A DNA stretch of 64,000 nt from Camelus ferus (Eukaryota): assembly GCF_009834535.1 (NCBI RefSeq), contig NC_045696.1, forward strand, positions 84,818,001-84,882,000, written 5' to 3'. Shown in pieces: positions 40,054 through 51,379 of this stretch; position 1 is the first letter of the stretch; the number at the start of each line of letters is the position of its first letter. Made by a program: the position numbers and the translations under genes. The notes under the pieces are model-generated. The model did not search any database and had not been told where the DNA came from. It worked only from the letters and a program-made list of their open reading frames with translations.

Positions 40054-40537
40054 TGTTACTGAAAATTTGGCCTCTGTACCCAAAAGACGAATTCAAACTC
40101 AGAGACAGAGTCCTTGAGAGCAATAGAAAAGAGCAGCTTTATTGCTTTGCTGGGCAAAGGGGAATCACAGCAGACTAAAGCCTCGAAGACTGTGAACCCT
40201 TCTTGGGGTTGGGGGTCTTGAGATTTTATAGAAAAACTGAGTGGAGCAGAAGAGTGATAACAATTAGGGACAGTTTGTGGTGCTGCATTCTTTTTAATCT
40301 TGGTAAGACCGTCTGGTGTCATGGTAAACTCCCTAGGGTCTGTCTATTCTTCTGAGCTCATCATCCTGTGACTTTCTGGAAAACAGCTTCTGGGTTAAAG
40401 AATATATAGGGAAGGTTAGGGGCTATTTTAGCAAGCAGTTGAGCAAGTAAACAAAAAGAAAAACAAGATGTGTCAAAATGAATCAGCAAACAGCTTTAAC
40501 ATCAGGGAAGCCATTTTGTTAGATTTCTATTCTTTCA
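40054..40537 (-). mobile_element. ERV1-class solo LTR (484 bp), probably lineage-specific
   Basis: TG...CA termini, perfect 4-bp TSD GTTT (40050-40053, 40538-40541), minus-strand TATAAAA (40224-40230) upstream of AATAAA (40138-40143). Confidence 0.88.
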
Positions 40538-40722
40538 GTTTTACATAGAAATGGTTAAGATTACACACACACACACACATAGATTCTCAATTTAGTGAAG
40601 GGACAGTAGCAAATTACATTCAGGAAGGAAATAAAAAAGAAACAGGGAATTCAGCTTGAGTTAATGAAGAAAATTGCAGTTTAAGTATTCAAGACAACAT
40701 TCGGCAGCTAGATACTTTTTAA

Positions 40723-40885
40723 ACTGTTGTTTCTCCACCCATGCTATGCATCAGGATCAACGTGAGGAACTTTATAAAAATACTGATGCCAAGACTTTAC
40801 ACTAGAGGTTTTGATCCATTGTTCCCGGGCCTAGGTCCTTATCAGAATAAAGAGTGAATGTGCAGGCTGAGTTGAGAACCACTGT
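40723..40885. mobile_element. MER5A-type hAT MITE
   Basis: gtttctccacc...gcatcaggatca...aaaaatactgatgcc...gtgcaggctgagttgagaaccactg. Confidence 0.7.
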
Positions 40886-40954
40886 CTTAGGCCATTCTCA
40901 GAGACAGACAATTTGAAAATTTACACATTGTAGGAAATGTGTTAGAAGAACAAT

Positions 40955-41110
40955 CATTTCTAGTATCTGCTAAGCTGCCAGATAAGTACGTGGCACTGGG
41001 CTAGGTAGGACTTGTTTCTTGGGCACTCACTTTCCTTATGCATAAAATAAATAGGTTAAACTAAATGATATTTAATATAGATTATGTAAAATTCTAGCTC
41101 TAAAACTATT
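40955..41110 (+). mobile_element. MIR3-like remnant
   Basis: ctttccttatgcataaaataaataggttaaactaaatgat...ttctagctctaaaa. Confidence 0.5.
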
Positions 41111-41277
41111 GATGTTGTAATAACTTATCCATACATTTACAGAATTTGATGAGCCCAGTAACAACTAAAATTGCAGATCACTTATAACTTAAGAGCAGTT
41201 GGTGAAATTGTTTGCCGGCGACACCTTGCTCTGAAAGTTGCTAACTTTCAGTATATTGTATTTTCATAGGGGAGGAT

Positions 41278-41482
41278 TATGATGAAATGGAAAAATTATA
41301 TTTGGCACCATAAGACTGGTTTAAATTTCAGCTCTACCGTGTACATCTTACACAGCCTTGTACATGTGGTTTGACCTCATTAAACTTTGGTGTCCTCATC
41401 TTTAAAATGGTGGTAGGGTGCGATAATTCATGGCACAATTATTCAGAGAGCTGTTGTGAAAATGGCAATGGCATTGTATGTT
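41278..41482 (+). mobile_element. MIR SINE
   Basis: ggtttaaatttcagctctacc...tcctcatctttaaaatgg...gctgttgtgaaa. Confidence 0.65.
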
Positions 41483-41979
41483 TAAAATTATTTTATAATA
41501 TTATTAGAGATGAATTTTTTAAGAATTGAGTTTTTACAGATGGAAGATAGAATATGAAACTCTGAAGACTTAAAAAAAAAAACCCAGGAATGTATAAATT
41601 AGTAGGCAGGTCATTTGGAAATGATTTTTAGTGATTGCAACTTTTCACTTTCAAGGGAAGGTTAATTGAGTAAACCTGGACAAGTTTTTAAGATCATATA
41701 AAATATACCTCACCCATGATTTAGTTTGAGGGCTTCCTTTATTGTCCTTGGTTTTATTTATTTTATCTCAGTGGACATACAATACTGGCTTTGTGGGACT
41801 GATTTATTTCAGAATGATGCGGGAATAAGCCCCTCAGGTAGCTGTAAATATGTTACCTTGAAGATTGATGGGTACAAAACGAAGATTTTTTCTGACTGTC
41901 TGTATATGTTCTGAAGATCTTTTGGTCCAACCATAACTGGAAAACACTATACAAAGTGAATTATGGTAACGATAATGAT

Positions 41980-42850
41980 TTCATTCATTTATTTGTTTCT
42001 GAACAACTATTGATTGAGCACCTGCATTAGGAACCAGGAAAACAATATACAAGATCCCTGCTCTGCTAGAGTTCACTGCACAGGAGGAGCTAGACATTAC
42101 CGTAAAATCATTAAGATAAATTTCGTTTTAAATGCTATGAGTGCTAGGTAGTGAAGTGCTTGAAAGCATGTGATAGAGGGCATTTATGAAGAAGTAATAG
42201 TGTAACCAAGTTGTGGAAATGAATAGGAGTAATTATTTGAGAGGGATGAGAGAGCAACCTAGATAGAGGTACTTCAGGAGTGTCTACCAGACTTCAGATG
42301 GTGCCCGCCCTCGGATTCTGCACAGCTCTGTTTCCCCTCCAGCTCTGGTGGTCTGCTACCTTATCTGGCCTGCGTGCAGTAGTGGAGTGCTGATGCCGCT
42401 CTCTGGAATCCAGCTCTCTTTCAGTTTAATTTATCTCAGCCGAGGGAATTTTTTTTTTTTTTTTTATGGCGGGTATAGTCTTTTCTGGAAGAGTTCCAAT
42501 GTTTTTCTCATTCTTTTCTCAGACATTTTAAATTTATACCTTGAATTTTCCAAGTTTTATAAAGTAAACACAAAATCCAAAGAGAATGCCACATTTTTTT
42601 CATCTTTCTGCATTTCTGATCCCTCACATTAGGCGCTGTGCATTTTTGCTTGAAAGGGGGAAGGGAAGTAGGCTAATACCTACGGTAAAAGGAAGAAAAG
42701 AAACGTAGATTACTATAGCAAAAGCTTATTCTACTAAATAGCTTGAAATGCACTTTGGACATTGGAGTGAATAGATAAAACAGACAATTAAATATACAGA
42801 TACAGAGGTCAGAAGAGAGGCTTAGGCTGAGTATAGGCATTTGTGTTGAT
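41980..42850 (-). mobile_element. L2 3' region with an unassigned insert at ~42280-42640
   Basis: ttcattcatttatt...attgagcacct...agatccctgctct..tagagttcac; resumes at gaggtcagaagagaggcttaggctgag. Confidence 0.65.
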
Positions 42851-43914
42851 TTTGATTTTACTTGTATCTGTCCACATAAATACAGACATTTGTGTTGATG
42901 CTGATGTTATGTATTGCTGAGGGAATGTATGTATGCATACATACATATATATTTATTTCTCTTAACTTGCCATATCAACAACTCTGACTTTGCAATGAAA
43001 AATATTTCATGTAATATAGCATACATGTTTAGCAATGCTAAACTAAAATTAGAAGAATGTTTGATGTTCAGAGTTTTCTAGGAGAATCTTTGAGCATGAT
43101 GATGACAACCATGTTTATTCCTTTAATTATGCAGAATTTCCGACCTTTGAGGAATTTATTGAATGATAGTTGTTGAACATGACAACCAACATAATGACCA
43201 CTAATCCTCCTGCTATAGGTAAGAATAAGTCATTAATGATACGACTGATGTACTGGTAACAAAATTTCAATACAAAATTCACAGTTACTACATTAAGCCA
43301 TTTCTGATACTACTGTGTCCCTGTGGACCGCTTTTCATAAGACATGTAACTCTCAGGAGCCTGGGTATTTTGGAGATCTCACCATTCTGTTCTCACAAAC
43401 ACCACATGGCTCATGCCTCCTGGTGTTCAGTTCTTGTAAAACTCCTTAGGAAATGATAAGGAAACATCTTTTATATTCAAAATTATTTTAAACATTTGCA
43501 GAATATGATTATCAACTCTACATAAACTAAAAGTAAACTTAGGTGCAATCTGTTAATTGAGAGAAGCAATCTCCTGGCAACAAATTTAGGGTAAAAAGAA
43601 CATGAGGCAGGAGAAAAGTAAAATCTAATATTTACACAAACACACCACAAATACACACATACACACAGGCATGTATACAGGTACACAGGTACGGAATTGA
43701 AAAAGGCTGAACACTAATTCATTTGTAGAATTGAAATTTATAGAATTTTCAGCCTAGAAGTATATTTTGTTTTTCAGGGAAGAACATTATAATACAGTCT
43801 CTGTTCCTGGGCCTCTGGACTTGATTCTGCCAGTTAGCTACACATTCTTGTTATATTGCTCAGCCTTCCTGGAACTCACGTTCTTCTTTATTACATAATG
43901 TATTGATTGATTCC

Positions 43915-44095
43915 TGGTTTCTAGCACTGGTTGGACAGTAGAATCACTGAGGAACTGATATGTTAAAAGCCCAAACTTATTTTTTGAGGCTCAAAATAAG
44001 ACCTATTGAATTAAGTAGTGCCTTGTAAACTGTGTGTTGCTATTGTGAACGTCCAAGGTAATTGAAATGAGCAGTGTGTTTGGAGACTCACTAGA
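43915..44095. mobile_element. MER5B-like hAT MITE
   Basis: ggtttctagcactggttggacagtagaatcactgagga...agacctattgaatt...ccaaggtaattg...tttggagactcact. Confidence 0.5.
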
Positions 44096-45083
44096 CTTGA
44101 TTACTATGGCTGTCACTTTTATTCTCAACATCCTAAGAGTCTATGGCTGTGCTAGAAACAAATATCACTATAATTTTAAAATTGCATGCTTCAAGTGTTT
44201 TGTATCATTTGTGTCACAATATTTTCCTTCCAGTTTTTGAAATGGAAAGCAATGATAAGAAAGTTGAATGTTTATACATATAACCTGACTTAGACCCAGT
44301 TTTTCTAGGATACATAGGGTCTATAAATTGAGAACTACTTGTATACAATGCCCACCTACTTTCAGCCAATAGGATTTTAAACTCTCAAAGTATTGTACTT
44401 CTATAATTTTACTCTATTAATTTAACATTAATTCAAAGCACATAATATTAAATAATTTAAAATATTTCACATTTGAAAGAGTGAATTATGCCAATTTGAC
44501 AACCCTAGACTAATCCAAGAAATTCTAATTATAGGATTGTTTGCTTTATTTTGAATCCATTTATCTGTAGCTACATGTGTAAAACTAAATTAAAATAAGG
44601 AAACATGTAATTAATCCTACCTAGACCATAGTCTCCATTATCTTCATTATTTCCACTCAAGTCCATTAAAAAGAAGTTACTTTTTTATACTGTCAGCATA
44701 TTGTATTTGCTTTAAAATCCCCTTGAAAAGTCTGATGAATTAGAATATAAATATTCAATCCACCATGATTCCCTTTGCACGCAAATATGAAATATAATAT
44801 TTTACTCTACTGCAAAACGCAACATTATGTCCTATACCTCTAACAGCAGTTATGAACAGATTTCACATATAAATGTGTGCATAGCAGAATATGCATTGAA
44901 TGATCAGTTTGCTTTCCTGTGTGGATAGCAGACGTATCTAAATGTTCCTTGCATTCACTTAAACAAAAGGATTGCCTCTATGGTATTTGAAAAGGTTGCT
45001 GAAGCTCAGTGAGGTGCTCATCGTTAAAGGGAAACCCACGCATAAAGCTCTCATAAATGTAATGGAGGCGAGACATATTTTAC

Positions 45084-45290
45084 TCTATTTAGCATTTATG
45101 CAACATTTTTGAAAAGTGCATTTTTATTAGAGTCGCCTCACAACAGTCTTATGAGCTTCATCTAGTGGTGTTATGCTCACTTAGAAATGGATAAATTAAG
45201 TGCCACAGAAGCCAGTTACTGCTCAAGGTCATGTGTCAGCTAGGCAGAAGAGGAAGCCGAAATTACCACTCTGAGACCTGACATTTTCTT
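45084..45290 (-). mobile_element. MIR SINE
   Basis: cctcacaacagtcttatgag...aaatggataaattaag..cacagaag...gctcaaggtca. Confidence 0.65.
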
Positions 45291-46330
45291 CATCATATTT
45301 TTCTTCCATGAGCCGTATTACCCAATTTTTCCCTAGAGGAAACATTTTTAGGTAAAATCAGAAATATGGCATTTATATGGAAGTTGGTAATTTACAGGTA
45401 ACTATTTTCAAAAAGGCAGACAATGGCAAACTGTCACAGCTATCATTTGTCAGTGTAACACTTATTCTTAGTTCATAACGACTCTTCTAATCACAGATAC
45501 AACAGTGTATTATGTATTTTAAGGTCATTTATAGACTTACATATATATACGTATTATTTTAAGGTACCTTAGAATATTTGCTTTCTTTGAGGGAAACAGT
45601 AAACAAGATTCCAAGACAAGAACTGATCCTGCAAGTGAGAAAACAGACAGGCAATATTGGAGGGAGGCAGACTGATGGAAAATAATCATTCTTGAATACC
45701 AGAGTGGCAAGTTTTCCTAGGTTTTAACATAGTCTACTAGGACTTTATGACCTGTTAATGATTCTGAAGGATTGATACCGCATGAAGATAAGCTCCAGTT
45801 TCTGCAGTGCCAAACAAAAGTCCAAGAAAGTCTGTTTTATTCAGTGATGGAAGAAGCATTGACCACAGCAATGCATCTTGTGAATGGCATGCTTCTATAC
45901 TGACCTAAACGTGGTAGTCTTCGTGGGTCTGCCAGAGGAGACAGACCTTGAAATTATTTTTTTCCTGAGTATAAATGCCTTCTACTTTTGAATTCTAGCT
46001 TCATTTCTTACAGCAACTGTTATTCTTTGGCCTAGTTTCATTCATTATTGCATATGATATGACCTGGAGCAGGAAGAATGTGCAACAATTACTCCTCATG
46101 GAATGGACTTTGTACCATTGATAGTCCTTGAAAGATTTTTATTATTAAGATGCTAATTATCAATGCTCGATTGTGTTCTCTTAAATTTTCTTTGTGCCCT
46201 CTCTGCTTTCACATTGGTAATTCCTAGCTCTTTATCCAAAATTTTAAATACATAAGACTTACAATATAGTTTCAAGCAAGAAGGATGTGCTGAACACATA
46301 CCTCATGACTGGACTCTGGTTCTCTAAAGG

Positions 46331-46570
46331 AGCAGTTCTCAACCTCAGCTCAATTGGCATTTGGGGCCTGATAATTTATTGTTATGAGAGAGGCTTTCCT
46401 GTGCATTATGAGTTCTGTAGCAGCATACCTAGCCTCTACTCCCTGGATTCCAAGAGCATTACCCCTCCTCCTTCCCCAAGCCATGATAATCAAAGATGTC
46501 TTCAGACCTTACCAAATGTCCCCAAGTGGAGAAAGGCAAAGTCTCCCTGACCTCCAACTGAGAACCTCTT
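46331..46570. mobile_element. MER20 hAT MITE with 8-bp TSD
   Basis: gttctcaacct...ggcatttgggg..gataatt...cctgtgcatt...agcagcatacctagcctctac...ccaaatgtcccc...tgagaacc; flanked by TCTAAAGG (46323-46330, 46571-46578). Confidence 0.88.
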
Positions 46571-46699
46571 TCTAAAGGTCATTCCGGCCCCTTCTCTCCA
46601 GCTCTGCTGTTTGTCATGTACTGTCACAAGTCCATTTATTGGCTTACTTACGGTTAGTCTGTTTATACCTGACAAGGCCTTACATTATAGTTCTTGGTT

Positions 46700-47110
46700 A
46701 TCTCTCTGTCATTTTCTTTGCTTTTAGCTCACTGTGTCACAGCCTCACTGGCCTCATCTAGAAGTCTTGGTTTTCCTACTGCCTTGAATGCCTTAGTCTC
46801 AGTTAGCTACAAAACTCAAGCCCTCGCTACTTTTAAGCCTCTGCTCAGATCTCACCTTTTTGACAAGGCCTACTCTAGCCACACATTTAAATTATAACAC
46901 CCTCCCACCAGTATTTCCAAATCCATTTATATTATTGTCTATAGTGGTTTTCTGTTCATTTTATAACATCATTTATTTAGTTTTAATATATTATATAATT
47001 TACTTTTTTTGATTTATTGCTATTAAGTCTCTCCACATGAGAATGTAAGTAGCTCCATTATTTTCAAAATTTGTGTCTATTTTTTCACTGTTGTGGCCTG
47101 AGTGTCTACG
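46700..47110 (+). mobile_element. L2a 3' region
   Basis: gctcactgtgtcacagcctcactggcctc...ctctgctcagatctcacctt...gagaatgtaag...ttcactg. Confidence 0.7.
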
Positions 47111-49544
47111 TCAGGATTTGGTCCTCATTCCCCATCACTCATCTTGAGCTAAGTGAAACATCAAAAAATTCTCCAGAAGTACCACCCTCGTCTTCCTCTA
47201 GGAGACAAACTAAAGCACACATACATTTGGTGACTGAAATAGTGGCATCAGAATATTTCATGGTGAAGGATGAAGTGAGACAAGGGAAAATTAGCACTCA
47301 AAAATAAACTCTACTGATTATAGCGGAGAGACTGTCACTAGTGATAGTACTCGGTGCTTTAAAAAAAAAGTGTGAAAGAAAGTATATGCATATCCTATAA
47401 AATCATGTAATCCTAGACTTCAGAACACTCTCTTTGGCTTGCAAACATTCACCAAGTTGCAGTCTTCAAAGCCATACAGCTGCCTCAAATACAGCTATAT
47501 GTACTAATTCCTCGTTCCTTAACAATTCTGATAGCTAAGTCAAACAGCTAAATTTCTGTCCCCAGGAAGCAAGCACTGTAAAAGAGAAATCAACAGTGAG
47601 CATGAAAACAATAAGTGATCAAGAGTATTGTACCTGACGGTGACTGCCACAAGAATGACTTGTGATAGAAATCGAGGAAGCAGTGCTGGGGCTGTTAACA
47701 GAAGGGCAAGAAGGGGCCAACCATATATATTAGGGAATGAAATGTTGAGGAGGTAAAGCACTGCAGAGAGGAAACAGTGCTGCAAAGGCCATGGAGTAAC
47801 AATGAGTACATCTTCCTAGAGCAATTGGTGGGAGCATATTTAACGAAGGGTATTGTATTAGAAAAAGGAGCCAGAGGCATGTTACGGAGATGTATTTTAT
47901 TTCCATTGACATGAACGAACATTCGTCCTTTAATACCTTAACTGATGACTCATTTCTCAAATGATGAATTATTTTTTAGGGTAAATGCAGAGTCCCATTA
48001 CAAAGACAGTTTATTTTCTAGTTTACAAAGCCCTTTTGCAATTCTTACATGTTTTAAATATCTACAACGAAAATGAGTATGTATAAAAAAATCATTCTCC
48101 TTTGACCTTCTGATGAAGCTAAAGAGAAAAGCAAATTCCTCAAAAATAAGAATTTAGATCAAGAAGTGTGATTGAAAACGATGAATTACTTACAAAAATA
48201 AAACCAATTTTCAAAAATAAAAAGTATTAAATTATATAAGAAGACATTATCATAGAATATTTTTTCTTTAGAAATTATAAAAATGTAAAAGATCTTCTTC
48301 ATACTAAATGACAACTATAAAGAGTAATATAAGAATATCTCTATATAGAATTAAGGCATTTTCCCACATATTAAGAGTAAATGGATTTGGAAGATGTGTG
48401 ATAACAGTTTTGCTTCTACTGCTTTTAGCTTGAGCTGCAATAATACATATGATCTATGTTTAGGGATTTTGAGCACAAGATTTGTAATCAATTCTTAAGG
48501 CTAAGAATCTATGCTTATAAAATGATGCTATAAAATGAAAGGTACTATCTGCTAAACCAATATAATGTGATAAAAAAGCTTCAAAATATTATAACTACAC
48601 AAAATGTTAAATGTGTGTTTTAATAGAGCATTTCTCTCAAAATCCGGAGTATTCACATATAAAACTCAAATAGCTGTGGAATATTTTCATGAAACAAGTT
48701 GTCAAACTGAGGAATAAAAGCATATAGTTCAGGTCACTAGCTTGATCTTTGACTGGTATGCACATCTCTGCAAAATAGTCAGAAGGAGATGATTGTTACA
48801 TCACCATTTATATCTGATTTTGAACGGTGCATTCAGATGTAGAGAAAATAGTCCACATGAGACTTAGATGGTAGCACTATCCTAGTGTTTTCTGATTTTA
48901 TAATATTTCTATACAAATGTGTAAGATTGTAAACTGTCTCTATGGTAGTAGGAAAGCCATATACTCTAAACTGTCTTCAGTGTCCTCATCATTAACGTAA
49001 GTACTTAAAACAGATTATATGCAAAAGTACCTTTTATATATTTGATACAATGTTACTCAAATTACTCAAATTACAGTTTCTTTACAAGTGTGACCTATCT
49101 AATGAGTGAATTTATCATGCATATTGCTTTGTTTATGAAAATTTTAGGTACATTCACATTTTGAATTCTAAAAGGATGTGTGCCTAGTAGAAAAAGCATA
49201 AACCTCTGTCGTGCTAGTCCTTGTGTGGTTCCCAAATGATATTAATTGTATGACCAATCTCAGTTTTTCTATCTGTAGCACCACAAAGAAAAATGATTAT
49301 TATCTATTGTCAACATGAAATTAAAAAATATTTGAGACATAAAAACTGTTAAACCTTCTCAAAAATACATCATGTAGAACGAGAATGTAGTGGTGATGAT
49401 GAAACAAATAAAAACACTCCTTCTTTTTCTTCTTCCTTTAGGCCTATCGTTTAGACAGCGATTAATTCAGTAGGCCCTTACTAATGTTCTATATGCCAGG
49501 AAGTATACTCAATTAGAACAATCATTTATAAAGCAAAACTTATA

Positions 49545-49930
49545 ATCTTGGAGCCTGCTGGTCATATATTTGACCTAACCTAACTTTAAAAAAGAATGCC
49601 AACATCTAAATATATATATATGTGTAAATATATATGTGTATATATATGTATATATATATACACATATACACACATATATACATATATATATATATGGAAA
49701 TTATACTTAAAAACTAATAAAAATACAAAAACCTGGCTTTCTTTACAAAAATACAAAAGATCTGGTAATATTGATTTGACATCTCCGTCAGTTGTCTGTC
49801 AGCTGGAGCTACACAGCACTTGTCTCTTTTATAAAGATGGGTCAGGAGAGCTTTCCACTGGTATTTCCATGCATCGAGCTTGTTTGCACAGTTAAGTTAC
49901 CTACCAGACCCTGTAAGCGTTTGTAGAATC
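49545..49930. mobile_element. MER102-like hAT element containing an expanded (TA)n tract
   Basis: tgccaacatctaaa...agatctggtaata...gctggagct...gttacctaccagaccctgtaagcgtttg. Confidence 0.6.
49610..49695. repeat. Compound (TA)n/(TG)/(CA) microsatellite
   Basis: ~85 bp of mostly alternating purine-pyrimidine sequence seen directly. Confidence 0.92.
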
Positions 49931-50004
49931 CATGTCTCTGCTTTGAAACAGCTCTAAATCTGATCCAAGAATAGAAGTAGCAGCAATGAAATTAATATTA
50001 AGTA

Positions 50005-50098
50005 GGGGAGGAGGGAAATAGCTCAGTGGTAGAGTGCATGCTCAGCCCGCACAAGGTCCTGACTTCAGTCCCAGTACCTCCAGTAAATAAATAAATAA
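50005..50098 (+). mobile_element. tRNA-derived camelid-type SINE (Vic-1-like)
   Basis: G-rich head, A box TAGCTCAGTGG (50019-50029), agagtgcatgctcagc..cacaaggtcct, decayed B box gacttcagtccc, agtacctcc, (TAAA)n tail. Confidence 0.85.
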
Positions 50099-51379
50099 GA
50101 AACTCAGGTCAGACTCTGGGATACTTTCTTTCATTTGATAATGAGGTTTATATACTAAATTGTTTCTTTTTACTCAGGTTATCAGAAATGTTAGATGTAA
50201 ATATAAGTAAAGTAGTATTCTTTCTAGCTTATTATCATTTTCTATGATTTTATCGTATACTATTATTTTTATTACATATATCATCTTAGTCATCCATCAA
50301 CAATGTTTATTGTGTACCTACTATGTGCTAGGGATTGCATATATGCTTTTAATTGTAGTGTTTCTATAAATTTTGTTTGGAAGAGGAAAAGAATAAAATA
50401 TGGCTCATGAAAAAAACATTTAGCCAATGGTGTTTTGAGTTGTATAGAGTGTTGACGCAGTTTGTTTTCTTTTTTCTCCCTACTTGTAGAAAGCCATTGC
50501 CACAGTCACAATGTCCCCAATGCATCCACCTTAGAGAATAAGCTGTGACCGATGTGTATGGCTTTACTATGTCTTATGTGGATGGTGAGGTCGTGTGTGA
50601 AATGGTCTGCTTTCCTTGAGTGCACTTCCTCAGTGGGCCTCTTGAGTATGTCAAATTCAATTCATTGAACCCTGATATAGAAGGTTCAGACACTTCACTG
50701 AAATACAGCAACGTATTTTCTAAATATACTTTTGTCAGTTGTCCAAACTGCACAGATGTTAACATGTAGGAGTTTATCTTGAAGGATAGCATCTTGGATA
50801 TGTTTGCTCTGTGCCTATAAAACCTACGTACTCTTGACATTGTAGCCTTCCTGAAAGTCTCAGTTATTCCTATGTGGGATATACAGTTGCAAAAGAAGTC
50901 AGTCAAATGGTCTCAATGTCATAATTTACAAATACGTAAGATACTAGCTGAAATACTGCCAAAATATTGAAAGCAGTAATCCAGTAGTATTTATATTTGT
51001 ATCTCCAGAGTCCAGGGTTCATCTCACTGTAGATACTCCAAAACACCTGATGGATATTTCTGAGGTATTGACAAACGAATTAGCCATGCCAGATAGTCTC
51101 GGCTCTAGTGTCTAAAATCGTGTTATACCCTTAACATGAAATATCTTTGGTTCCATTCCTAACTGAGCTTTTGTAGCTGTGTTACCTCCCTTTTAGCATT
51201 TTACCTTGAATTAGAATTTTAAACTTTGCAGATGTGGTTATTTTTACATCATTATCACCTGGGAGACAATATCTTGTTCATTTATTTGCCATTGCCATTT
51301 ATGAGACTAGTACACAGAAAGTATTCCATTTAGTATTTATAAGCTTGCATTTTGAGCTTCCTGCAGGGATTAAAAAAGG

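Noticed and set aside
50005..50080. tRNA gene
   Set aside because: Decayed B box, SINE-type G-rich head and TAAA tail, no convincing acceptor stem
50574..50906. 110-aa minus-strand ORF in unique sequence
   Set aside because: Non-ATG start, no recognisable domain, and length attainable by chance in 64 kb
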